Source: Promethearchaeota archaeon (lineage in GTDB: Archaea; Asgardarchaeota; Lokiarchaeia; Sigyniarchaeales; SOKP01). From it: a stretch of 51,367 nt of DNA. Positions 29,354 to 38,971 of this stretch are shown here, one piece after another. The first letter of the stretch is position 1. Each line of letters opens with the position of its first letter. Both the position numbers and the translations under genes were made by a program. The notes beneath the pieces are model-generated. The model did no database searches. It saw only the letters and a list, made by a program, of their open reading frames with translations, and had not been told where the DNA came from. The stretch spans positions 1 to 51,367 of the forward strand of contig JBHLNT010000013.1 in assembly GCA_048941265.1 (NCBI GenBank), in the 5' to 3' direction.

Positions 29354-30592
29354 TTAATAATATGCTAATTTTACTCCTTTAAGCAAATCTACAGAACTGA
29401 AAATATTTTTTCCATTATTTCTTAAAAAATCCATAGCTTGTTCAATACCTTGAATTGTTAAAGGAAAGGTAGGGATAACTTTGGATATAACGAGTCTGGT
29501 CCAGGTCATCCATTCAAAAGAGAAATCTTCTGGATTTAACCAAACTACATTTTTTTTATAATGACGAACAAGTCTTTTTATATAATAAATGCCAGGTTTT
29601 TTATTGCTAGCACCATCATAAATAGCTCCGCGGGGGTCTTTCAATTCACTTCTGTGCATGGTTTGATCTCCTATGATTATTATTCGATATGAACTATCAT
29701 ATTTCCTTAAGAACTCTTCGAAATCCATTGATTCGTCTACATTACGACGAGCATTAAAGTATAATTTATCATAAATACAATTATGAAAATAGAAATACTT
29801 AAAATCTTTCCAGTGGGATAAACTATAAGCTGCGGAGAATAGGAGATTGACCATATGAATGTAGGGATCCATTGTTCCCCCAACATCCATTAAAAGCACA
29901 ATTTTTACGTTGTTTTTTCTTCTTTTTTTGAGGATTAGTTCAATATCTCCACCATTCTTACATGTCTCATCAATAGTTTTATCAAGATCTAATTCGTCCT
30001 TTTTACCAATATCATCTAACTTCTTAAGTCGTTTTAAAGCGACTTTTATTTGACGTGTATCAAGGGTTAAATCTTTTCTGTAATCTTTAAAAATTCTCTT
30101 TTGGGCAATTTTAATAGCGGTATACATACCGTATTCACCTGCAACTCTTATTCCCATAGGATTTTGACCCGAATGCCCGAAAGGGGATGTTCCTTGAGTC
30201 CCAATCCACTTATTTCCGAAATTATGCTCCTTATCTTGTTCTCCTAATAATTTTCTAAATTGCTTCTCTAAATCTTCTGAATTAAAATATTGAGACCATT
30301 GTCCTAGATCAAAAGGAAGATGTAATATTTTCACGTTTTTCTCTAACCATTTCCATAACTCTTCTTTTATTTCGTCAGGAAATTTTAGTCCCGCGTCTTT
30401 AAAAAAATTTACAAAAGCTATATCATATAAGTCAAAATGATGTTCATTTTTACATAAAATTGATCGAGAAATGTAATAAAATTCGACCATATTTCCAATT
30501 AGACCTTGATTTAGCGCTTCCATTAAAGTCATATATTCGGTGATACTAACCGGAAGCCTCTGTTTCAGATAAAAAAAATATTCAACAAACAT
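29354..30592 (-). CDS. CoxE-like VWA domain protein (paralog)
   Basis: DVGGTM, YFHNCIY, IGDQTM, VWLNP; tandem paralog of 27820..29244. Confidence 0.85.
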   Translation of the reverse strand: MFVEYFFYLKQRLPVSITEYMTLMEALNQGLIGNMVEFYYISRSILCKNEHHFDLYDIAFVNFFKDAGLKFPDEIKEELWKWLEKNVKILHLPFDLGQWSQYFNSEDLEKQFRKLLGEQDKEHNFGNKWIGTQGTSPFGHSGQNPMGIRVAGEYGMYTAIKIAQKRIFKDYRKDLTLDTRQIKVALKRLKKLDDIGKKDELDLDKTIDETCKNGGDIELILKKRRKNNVKIVLLMDVGGTMDPYIHMVNLLFSAAYSLSHWKDFKYFYFHNCIYDKLYFNARRNVDESMDFEEFLRKYDSSYRIIIIGDQTMHRSELKDPRGAIYDGASNKKPGIYYIKRLVRHYKKNVVWLNPEDFSFEWMTWTRLVISKVIPTFPLTIQGIEQAMDFLRNNGKNIFSSVDLLKGVKLAYY

Positions 30593-30726
30593 CTAAGATA
30601 ATTAATGAAATTAGTGAGAATTAAATAATTTTTGTCTATGTCAAAAGAAATTAAAAATTTATATATCTTAGGAATAAAGTATATTTTAATTAATATTTAA
30701 AATCCAAAAAAAATAAAATTATTTAA

Positions 30727-32400
30727 TTAATTGCTTTTTTCTTCTTCTTTTTCTCTAAGACTTCGTCTAAGTACTTTTCCTATGGCAGATTTTGGTAAGC
30801 TGCTAACAAACTCCACCATCCTCGGATATTTATAAGCAGCTAAATTTTCTCTAGACCATTCAATAATTTCATTTTCAGTTATTTTTCCAATATAATCATT
30901 TTTAAGTATGATAAATGCTTTAATATCTTCTCCCTTAACAGGATCCTTTACTCCAATTACGCTGCATTCTTGAACTGCGGGGTGTTCATATAAAATTTCC
31001 TCAACTTCTCTAGGATAAACACTGTGACCCTTATATTTTATTAAGTCTTTGACACGATCAAGGATGTAAATATAGCCTTCTTTATCCAATTTAGCAAAAT
31101 CTCCAGTTCTAAGCCATTTATATCCACCTGCCTCAAAAAAGACTTTTTCGTTTTCTTCTGGTCTATTATGATAACCTAACATAACCTGAGGACCTGATAC
31201 TACGAATTCGCCTGCTTCTCCTATAGGTAAAAATTCTAAGTTCTCATTAATTATTCCCACTAAGGTGCTGGCATCCGCATGTCCACAGCTTCCAGGTTTT
31301 TTTCTTGCCCAAGGTGGAGAATTAGTCACACCGGGACTAGTCTCACTAAGACCATATCCTTCACCTATTGCGAATCCTGTTCTTTTCTGCCATGCATTAG
31401 CCATTTCAATAGGCATCGCACTTGCTCCTACATTGACAAACTTTAAACAAGAAAAATCTATATCTTTACCGGCAGGATGACTTAGGAGACCAATGAACAT
31501 TGTTGGTACTCCGAGCATTGTATTTGGTCTTTCATTTTTCATTAATTCATAAATTTTTTCCATATCAAAGGTAGGAAAAATATATCCTTTTGCACCAGTC
31601 ATGGGAGCAAGAGCAAGATCACAAGTTTGTCCATATATATGATACCATGGAAGTACACAAATCGATTTTATGTCTTCTTTAAGATAAGTCGCTTTCATAT
31701 AATCAGAGATTTGTTTAATTTGTAAAATATTTGCTACAATATTATGATGAGATAAACATGCTCCTTTTGGGAGTCCCGTTGTCCCTCCAGTATATTGAAT
31801 TACTGCAATGTCTTGTTTAGGATTAATCTCTGCTTTGGGAATCAGAGTAGGCTCAAGATCCTGTCCCATTAATGTATTAAAATGAACTATTTTATCATTT
31901 TCAGGAACCTCTGGAGTTTTTCCCTCAATATTAACGACTATTACCTTGTCCAAAGGTAACTCATCCTTTACTTTTTCATATTGAGGAAAAAATCTATCAA
32001 GAATGATCAAAAATTTTGCTCCTGAATCTTTTACTTGATAAGCCAGTTCTCTTGCTACAAATAAAGGACTGACTGCTGTTAAGCTCGCCCCATTAAGTAA
32101 TATTGCATAATAACTTATGGAAAACTGCGGGCAATTAGGAAGCCATATAGCTACGATATCCCCTTTTTTTATATTTAACTTTGATAAAGCATTGGCAAAT
32201 CTTATAGTTAGCTGGTTTAATTCTTTATAACTAAATTCCTTTGGACCAAATACCATGCAAATTTTATCTGCATAGTTTTTAATTCCATTTTCAAAGACAT
32301 TAATTAGTGTCATATCTTCAGGGATATCAACTTCTAATGTCATACCGGCTGGTAGATAATCTTTCCAATATCGTTTTTTAATATATTTTGGTAATTTCAT
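30727..32400 (-). CDS. Long-chain fatty acid-CoA ligase
   Basis: QYTGGTTGLPKG, EGYGLSETSP, WLRTGD, LPKSAIGK. Confidence 0.93.
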   Translation of the reverse strand: MKLPKYIKKRYWKDYLPAGMTLEVDIPEDMTLINVFENGIKNYADKICMVFGPKEFSYKELNQLTIRFANALSKLNIKKGDIVAIWLPNCPQFSISYYAILLNGASLTAVSPLFVARELAYQVKDSGAKFLIILDRFFPQYEKVKDELPLDKVIVVNIEGKTPEVPENDKIVHFNTLMGQDLEPTLIPKAEINPKQDIAVIQYTGGTTGLPKGACLSHHNIVANILQIKQISDYMKATYLKEDIKSICVLPWYHIYGQTCDLALAPMTGAKGYIFPTFDMEKIYELMKNERPNTMLGVPTMFIGLLSHPAGKDIDFSCLKFVNVGASAMPIEMANAWQKRTGFAIGEGYGLSETSPGVTNSPPWARKKPGSCGHADASTLVGIINENLEFLPIGEAGEFVVSGPQVMLGYHNRPEENEKVFFEAGGYKWLRTGDFAKLDKEGYIYILDRVKDLIKYKGHSVYPREVEEILYEHPAVQECSVIGVKDPVKGEDIKAFIILKNDYIGKITENEIIEWSRENLAAYKYPRMVEFVSSLPKSAIGKVLRRSLREKEEEKSN

Positions 32401-32633
32401 TATTGATCACCACTCTGTTAAAATTTATTATAAATTTAAATATATTATTATAATTTCGTGATGAGAGATTAAAAAATCTTACTTTCTCCTCCATATAAAG
32501 TGACAGTAGAAAAATGATATTTATTAATCCAAATTAATTTCTATTTTTTTCAAGATCTAAATTTATATTGATATTATATTTAATTTCCCATCATTGCCTA
32601 AATTCAATATATAAAATTATAAAAAAAATTTAC

Positions 32634-34310
32634 TTACTTTTTTTTCTTTTTTTCTTCTTTTTCTCTTAGATCTTTTCTTAAAACCTTACCAATTGCACTT
32701 TTTGGCAAACTACGAACAAATTCTACCATTCGGGGGTACTTATAGGCGGCTAAATTCTCCTTAGACCAATCAATAATTTCTTGTTCTGTGATTTTTTTTT
32801 GGTATTCTTTCCTAAGGATGATATATGCTTTAATATCTTCTCCCTTAACAGGATCCTTTACTCCAATTACGCTGCATTCCTGAATTGCGGGATGTTCATA
32901 GAGAATTTCCTCGATTTCTCTAGGATAAACGCTGTGTCCTTTATATTTAATTAAATCCTTAACCCGGTCTAATATAAAAATATACCCTTCATCATCAAGT
33001 CTGGCAAAATCGCCAGTTCTTAACCACCTATACCCTCCCGCTTCAAAAAAGACGAGCTTATTTTCTTCTGGTCTATTATGATATCCTAACATAACTTGAG
33101 GGCCTGCTACAACGAGTTCACCTGCTTCTCCTATTGGTAAAAATTCTAACTTTTCATTAATTATTCCGACTAAAGTACTTGCCATTGGCGTACCGCAACT
33201 ACCATCCTTCTTTTTTGCCCATGGAGGGGAGTTAGTGACACCAGGGCTAGTTTCACTAAGTCCGTAGCCTTCTCCCATTGCAAATCCTGATCTTCTTTCC
33301 CATTCTTTTGCTGCCTCAATTGGCATAGCACTTGCCCCGACATTTACATACTTTAAGCACGAAAAGTCAATATCTTTAGCTTGGGGTACATTTAAAAGAT
33401 TGAGAAACATAGTAGGGACACCAAGCATCGTATTTGGTCTTTCATTTTTCATTATTTCGAAGATTCTTCCTATATCAAAGGTTGGAAGGATGAATCCTTT
33501 CGATCCAATAAATGGAGCAAGGGCTACCTCACAGGTTTGGCCATATATATGATACCAGGGAAGTACGGAAATAGAAACTATATCTTCCTTTAAGTAATTC
33601 TCTTTCATATACTCAGAAACCTGCTTAATTTGCAAAATATTTGAGACGATGTTATAATGAGATAATTCGGCACCTTTCGGAAGTCCCGTAGTTCCTCCAG
33701 TATATTGAATAACTGCAACGTCTTCCTTGGGATTAAACTTAATTTCAGGAAGGGGTTTAGGTTCGGGATTTTCATTCATTAGTGTATTAAAATGGACAAA
33801 TTTATCCGTTTCGGGCTCATCAGGTACTCCGCCCTCTATATTTACGATAATTGTTTTTTTTAGCTCAAATTCTTTTTCTGCCCTCTTAAACTGTTTTATA
33901 AATCTATCAATTACGATTACGAATTCCGCTCCTGAATCCTTAACCTGATAGGCCATTTCCCGTGCTACATATAACGGACTAATCGCGGTTACAATTGCTC
34001 CAATACTTAAGGTGGCAAAATAACTTATAGGAAAATGAGGGCAATTAGGTAGCCAAATTGCCACTACATCTCCTTTTTGAACTCCTAATTTTAGCAGCCC
34101 ATTAGCAAATCTTATAGTTAGGTCATATATCTCCTTGAACGTATATTCCTTCCCTGCGAACATCATGTTTACCTTATCACCGTAATCGTCAGCTCCCATT
34201 TGAAAGACATCTCTTAAGGAAAAATCTTCTGGAAGATCTATTTCTAAAGTGAGGCCGGGGGGCATATAATCCTTCCAAATCCGGTTTTTTATATAATCTG
34301 GTAAATCCAT
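32634..34310 (-). CDS. Long-chain fatty acid-CoA ligase (tandem paralog)
   Basis: Same motifs as, and high similarity to, 30727..32400. Confidence 0.93.
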   Translation of the reverse strand: MDLPDYIKNRIWKDYMPPGLTLEIDLPEDFSLRDVFQMGADDYGDKVNMMFAGKEYTFKEIYDLTIRFANGLLKLGVQKGDVVAIWLPNCPHFPISYFATLSIGAIVTAISPLYVAREMAYQVKDSGAEFVIVIDRFIKQFKRAEKEFELKKTIIVNIEGGVPDEPETDKFVHFNTLMNENPEPKPLPEIKFNPKEDVAVIQYTGGTTGLPKGAELSHYNIVSNILQIKQVSEYMKENYLKEDIVSISVLPWYHIYGQTCEVALAPFIGSKGFILPTFDIGRIFEIMKNERPNTMLGVPTMFLNLLNVPQAKDIDFSCLKYVNVGASAMPIEAAKEWERRSGFAMGEGYGLSETSPGVTNSPPWAKKKDGSCGTPMASTLVGIINEKLEFLPIGEAGELVVAGPQVMLGYHNRPEENKLVFFEAGGYRWLRTGDFARLDDEGYIFILDRVKDLIKYKGHSVYPREIEEILYEHPAIQECSVIGVKDPVKGEDIKAYIILRKEYQKKITEQEIIDWSKENLAAYKYPRMVEFVRSLPKSAIGKVLRKDLREKEEKKKKK

Positions 34311-34419
34311 CTTTTCTCACTAAATTATCATTTTTAGTTTAAATTAAAAAAATATTATAATAATTTATTTTCAGATATTAAAAATCTTTTCCATAAAGAA
34401 GATGACAACTTCAACTATT

Positions 34420-35826
34420 TTATTCCCATATTGATTTTATCTTCCAAATATCTAGAGTTTTAAGTTTTATTATATGCTTAGTAGTAAATAAATCAATACC
34501 CTCTGATTCCTCCGATTTCGGATAAATTCGGCTGGTTAAACATTCAATATAATTTAAATATACCTCTACTACAGATTTATCTAAAAATATATGGAATTTA
34601 ATTTTTTTATTATCCAGAGGAAGTTTAATTATACCTTTTTCTTTGCCTGCCCAGAGCTGTTTTTTCACCATATCATAACCGATAGTTTCGAATCCTTTAT
34701 AAGTTTTAGATTTGAAGATTTTAAAACCAAATGAGGTTAGCTGATCTACTTCGAATTCTGCTATAATTTCTAAACATTTACCAGAAAAATTTCCCAGCAT
34801 ATTGCTCGATTGAGGTGATAAATTTATATTATCCAGGTGAATATGAGATTCTCGTAGGATTTGAAGTTCAGGAACAGGAGTAAATTTCAATCTTTTGTCA
34901 TGATCTAAACTTAAAATACGGGGTAAAGTAATACAACCATTCCAACCCCCTGATCCTCCATTCATTATCCAAGCCCACATGATTACCCTTCCTTTTTTAT
35001 CAAACATAGTGTTTGGAGCATAAAATACTCGGCCATGATCTAAATATCTCCAATTATCAGGCAGAAACTTATGATTTATGTAGCTTCCTATAGCATATAT
35101 AACTTTTTTATGAGGGGATATTATTAATACATGTTTATCTCCAAGAGAAAAAAAATTAGGACATTCCCAGTTTACACCTGTCATTGTATCCTTTATTTCC
35201 CCTTGACATAGAGGGTTTAAGTATTCCCATTGCAAAAGATCGCGAGATCGATAGATTAATGCAATTCCTGTTTGAGTATTATGAATGTGTCCTCCTAAAG
35301 TCATATACCAATATTCTCCTTCCTTCCAAACATAGGGATCCCTCCATTCTCGGACATCTAATTCTCTATGCAAGCCTAAAGTCATTATAGGATTATGAGG
35401 TGATTTGTGCCAAGTTATCATATCATCTAAACTTGTAGCAAGCCATTGTTCTGCACTTGTAGAGTTCAATCTTTTAGGACCAATACTGGTATAGATAATG
35501 GTAGGAATCCCATTGTTATTAACACAACATCCAGAATAACAATGTTCTTCACCTAACTCATTTGAAGGAACTAACGCTATAGGGAGATGTTCCCAATGGA
35601 CTAAATCTTTACTTTTTGCATGCCCCCAATGCACAATGCCCCAATTATCCTCATATGGATTATGTTGATAAAAAAGATGATATTCCCCTTTATAAAAAAT
35701 AGGACCATTAGGATCATTCATCCAATTCGCTGGTGCCAAAAAATGGAATTTAGGACGAAATAGACATTTTTCTGCAACTTTTTTAGCTTTCTCAATGCTT
35801 TCCATTGCATTTTGGAAATCTTTCAT
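34420..35826 (-). CDS. Glycoside hydrolase family 32 (beta-fructofuranosidase/sucrose-6-phosphate hydrolase-like)
   Basis: WMNDPNG, WGHAKSKDL, YSGC, WRDP, WECP, DKSVVEV; no signal peptide. Confidence 0.95.
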   Translation of the reverse strand: MKDFQNAMESIEKAKKVAEKCLFRPKFHFLAPANWMNDPNGPIFYKGEYHLFYQHNPYEDNWGIVHWGHAKSKDLVHWEHLPIALVPSNELGEEHCYSGCCVNNNGIPTIIYTSIGPKRLNSTSAEQWLATSLDDMITWHKSPHNPIMTLGLHRELDVREWRDPYVWKEGEYWYMTLGGHIHNTQTGIALIYRSRDLLQWEYLNPLCQGEIKDTMTGVNWECPNFFSLGDKHVLIISPHKKVIYAIGSYINHKFLPDNWRYLDHGRVFYAPNTMFDKKGRVIMWAWIMNGGSGGWNGCITLPRILSLDHDKRLKFTPVPELQILRESHIHLDNINLSPQSSNMLGNFSGKCLEIIAEFEVDQLTSFGFKIFKSKTYKGFETIGYDMVKKQLWAGKEKGIIKLPLDNKKIKFHIFLDKSVVEVYLNYIECLTSRIYPKSEESEGIDLFTTKHIIKLKTLDIWKIKSIWE

Positions 35827-35981
35827 ATAAAGTATAAATTTTTAGTTTGCTTTTAGGATTATAGATTAAGTTCATTGGGTAAATTATCCAATAATTTGTT
35901 TAAAAGAAACAATGAATTTATTTAATATTTATAATTTATCATATATTATTTAGTAAGTGAAAAAAATCTGATAGAATAAAA

Positions 35982-37322
35982 ATGGCAGATGAGCCTAATA
36001 AAAATTTAAGACCACAGAATTCGTCAAATGGTTTAGATCATAAAGAAAAAATGGATAGATATCAAATTGACCATAAAGCCGCACAACTTACAATTATGAT
36101 GGCTATCTTCATAGATGTACTTGGATACTCCATGATATTACCTCTTATGCCTTTAATCGCTCAAACTTCTTTTGGTGCTACAAATTTTATGATTGGTCTG
36201 TTGATTGCATCAAATGCTTTGGCAGCCTTTATTTTTGCTCCGATTTGGGGTAAATTAAGTGATAAATTTGGGAGAAAACCTTTTTTAATTGTATCTCAAC
36301 TAGGTACACTGGCTGCATTTATGATTTTAGGCTTTTCTGATTCACTTACTATGGTATTTATATCCAGAATTGTTGATGGTATTTTTGGTGGTCAGATCCC
36401 AATAATAAGAGCATATATCATTGATATTACAGATCCTAAAACACGATCCGCTGAAATGGGTAAAATCACAGGATCAATGGCCTTTGGAATGATCTTTGGT
36501 CCTGCGATTGGGGGATTACTTGGAGTATTAAATTGGCGATACCCCGTATATGTTGCATGTTTTCTCTCTCTATTTACAATTATATTCACTTTTAGATATC
36601 TTCAAGAAAGTATGCCTAAAAAGCGAATCCATGATTTACGTCAGAAAAGAGAAGCTTTTAAAGCTCAAAATCGTGGGAAATCCCGCCAAGTTCTCACAAA
36701 AATTGTAATTTATAGATTGATTGAACTTTTTCTTGTTATTTTTGCATTTATTATGATAAATTCAAGTTTTCCTCTCGTTTTGACATTGAGATATAGAGTA
36801 AATGTAGCCATGATTGGATTATTTGCATCAATAGCAGGTATTATAATGATGATTACCGGTGGATTATTAATTAAACCCTTAATAAAAAGATTTGGCGAAA
36901 AAGCAATGATCTTAGTTGCATTGATGATCTGGATTGCGCTTTTTCTTATATATCCCTTTTTATTTGAATTTTGGTGGATATATCTTTTCATTTTTCCTTA
37001 CATTTTTGCTCACATGTTTATTCGTTCCATATTGATGACCAATTTAGCTGAAGGTGTTGATGAGGAAAATCAAGGCATTGTATCGGGCTATGCTGTAAAT
37101 ATGATGTCGATTGCTCAAATTTCGGCTCCAATTTTAGCTTATTGGTATTTAGACCTCTGGATGGTGACAATAATGGGAATACAAGTGGATTCTTATTCTC
37201 TTATAGGAATAACTTGTGCACTTACAACTGTTTTGCTTTTTTTCTTAATTTTATTTGATATAAAGAAGCATCCTGAAGTGTTCTCAAGAGATAATATAGA
37301 TAAAAAAGATATAAGAATTTAA
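35982..37322 (+). CDS. MFS transporter (TetA/DHA1-like)
   Basis: DVLGYSMILP, GKLSDKFGRKP, RIVDG, GMIFGPAIGG. Confidence 0.9.
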   Translation: MADEPNKNLRPQNSSNGLDHKEKMDRYQIDHKAAQLTIMMAIFIDVLGYSMILPLMPLIAQTSFGATNFMIGLLIASNALAAFIFAPIWGKLSDKFGRKPFLIVSQLGTLAAFMILGFSDSLTMVFISRIVDGIFGGQIPIIRAYIIDITDPKTRSAEMGKITGSMAFGMIFGPAIGGLLGVLNWRYPVYVACFLSLFTIIFTFRYLQESMPKKRIHDLRQKREAFKAQNRGKSRQVLTKIVIYRLIELFLVIFAFIMINSSFPLVLTLRYRVNVAMIGLFASIAGIIMMITGGLLIKPLIKRFGEKAMILVALMIWIALFLIYPFLFEFWWIYLFIFPYIFAHMFIRSILMTNLAEGVDEENQGIVSGYAVNMMSIAQISAPILAYWYLDLWMVTIMGIQVDSYSLIGITCALTTVLLFFLILFDIKKHPEVFSRDNIDKKDIRI

Positions 37323-37371
37323 GATGGAAATTTAGCTTTTTTTAGAGCAATTTCCAATTCCATTTTCTTTT
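37318..37371 (-). repeat. Degenerate direct copy of the 3' end of the MoxR gene (38046..38099)
   Basis: tttaagatggaaatttagctttttttagagcaatttccaattccattttctttt versus tttaagatggaaatttagctttttctacagcaatttccaaatccttttcctttt, ~5 mismatches in ~54 nt; encodes KKMELEIALKKAKFPS* versus KEKDLEIAVEKAKFPS*. Confidence 0.8.
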
Positions 37372-37734
37372 ATATCGGGGTCAAGAATAAGTATTGCATC
37401 AAACACTCTATCCTCGGATTGCGAATTTTAATAGTAGGGAATAAAAAAATAGAATACTGATAAGAAAGATTGAGTGTAAAAATAAGTTATAATCTCCCTT
37501 CTATGTATTTTAGGGATGTTTGACTAATTTTGGGTGGCATGCCATTTCTTTCTCGGTTATTTCTTATATAGAATAATAATTCATGTACCAAGAATGCAAG
37601 AGATCTAAAAGTTTTTATAAGCCATCTATTCTTTTACAAAATAATTAAATAAAAAAAAATGGGTTACCACTTAAAAAGTATTACCCACAAAAAGTTCTGA
37701 TTAAATTAATAATTAAAAATAGTGGAGAAAAAAA

Positions 37735-37869
37735 ATGGGAATAGTATGTCCAAAGTGTAAAGGAACCTTTTCTGCATTTACAACTGAAACTAAATCTATA
37801 ATAAAAACTACGTGTCCTTTTTGCAAACATAAGTTTAAAATCCCGAATCCTAATTATAGCAATAAGTAA
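37735..37869 (+). CDS. 44-aa zinc-ribbon microprotein (not in the ORF track)
   Basis: MGIVCPKCKGTFSAFTTETKSIIKTTCPFCKHKFKIPNPNYSNK; two CPxC motifs; GGAG upstream. Confidence 0.75.
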   Translation: MGIVCPKCKGTFSAFTTETKSIIKTTCPFCKHKFKIPNPNYSNK

Positions 37870-38046
37870 TAACTAGAAAAAAAAAGAATAAGGGCTGTAT
37901 TTATATTATTGAAGTTTATATTTTTTTTCCAAATTTTATGATGGTTTTATTCCTTTTTATTACTAATCTCACTATGTTAGGTAAATTGAATAAAGATTTA
38001 GATGTTGATTTTGAATTAAAATTTAATATTTTTAGAAAATGAAGTT

Positions 38047-38901
38047 TTAAGATGGAAATTTAGCTTTTTCTACAGCAATTTCCAAATCCTTTTCCTTTTT
38101 AAGGAGAACACCAAGAAAGGGTATTCCTTTCTTTAATTCTTCAATACTTATACCCGACTTTAATAAAACTCCAATCCAATCTAATAATTCAGAAGTTGAA
38201 GGCATTTTCCTAAGCTTGGTTATCGTTCTTAGCATATAGAAATGTTTTAAGCATTGATCAAGCAAGTTTTGCTTCAGATTTGGATAATGCAGCTTACAAA
38301 TTTCAGCCATAAATTCTCTTGATGGAAATTCAATCCAGTGAAATACACATCTCCGTAAAAAGGCATCGGGTAATTCTTTTTCATTATTAGACGTAATGAT
38401 TACTATCGGTCTATATTTAGCCTTCACGAATTCTTTTGTCTCTTTAATATAAAACTCCATTACATCAAGCTCCTGCAAAAGGTCATTCGGAAACTCGATA
38501 TCTGCCTTATCAATTTCATCAATCAAAAGAACAACTTGTTCGTCTGATACAAATGCTTCACCTAGAGGTCCAAGAGTAATGTAATCCTTAATGTTTTCAA
38601 CATTCCTATCCTCGCATCCAAATCGACTGTCATTTAATCTCTGGACTGTATCATACATATAGCAGCCATCAATTGCTTCTGTAGTACTTTTTATATTCCA
38701 AATAATTAAACGTTTACCGAGGGCCTCTGCTATAGCATGAGACAATAACGTTTTTCCGGTACCGGGTTCCCCTTTTACCAGAAGTGGTCTCGCAAGAGCG
38801 ATAGAGACATTGACAATATTTCTTAACTGAGGATCAGCAATATATCGAATTCGTTCAGTATTAACATTCCCCTTGAACTGATTAAACTCAGTATTACTCA
38901 T
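38047..38901 (-). CDS. MoxR-family AAA+ ATPase (CoxD-like)
   Basis: PLLVKGEPGTGKT, LLIDEIDKAD, ITSNNEKELPDAFLRRC, PSTSELLDW. Confidence 0.93.
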   Translation of the reverse strand: MSNTEFNQFKGNVNTERIRYIADPQLRNIVNVSIALARPLLVKGEPGTGKTLLSHAIAEALGKRLIIWNIKSTTEAIDGCYMYDTVQRLNDSRFGCEDRNVENIKDYITLGPLGEAFVSDEQVVLLIDEIDKADIEFPNDLLQELDVMEFYIKETKEFVKAKYRPIVIITSNNEKELPDAFLRRCVFHWIEFPSREFMAEICKLHYPNLKQNLLDQCLKHFYMLRTITKLRKMPSTSELLDWIGVLLKSGISIEELKKGIPFLGVLLKKEKDLEIAVEKAKFPS

Positions 38902-38971
38902 AATTAAAACAAATTATTTTAAAATTAAATAGTTTTTGACAATATTATTTATCACTATTATTAATATTAAA

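Noticed and set aside
37488-37630. Short minus-strand open stretch (WLIKTFRSLAFLVHELLFYIRNNRERNGMPPK...)
   Set aside because: No convincing start and no recognisable motif; cannot be supported as a gene.
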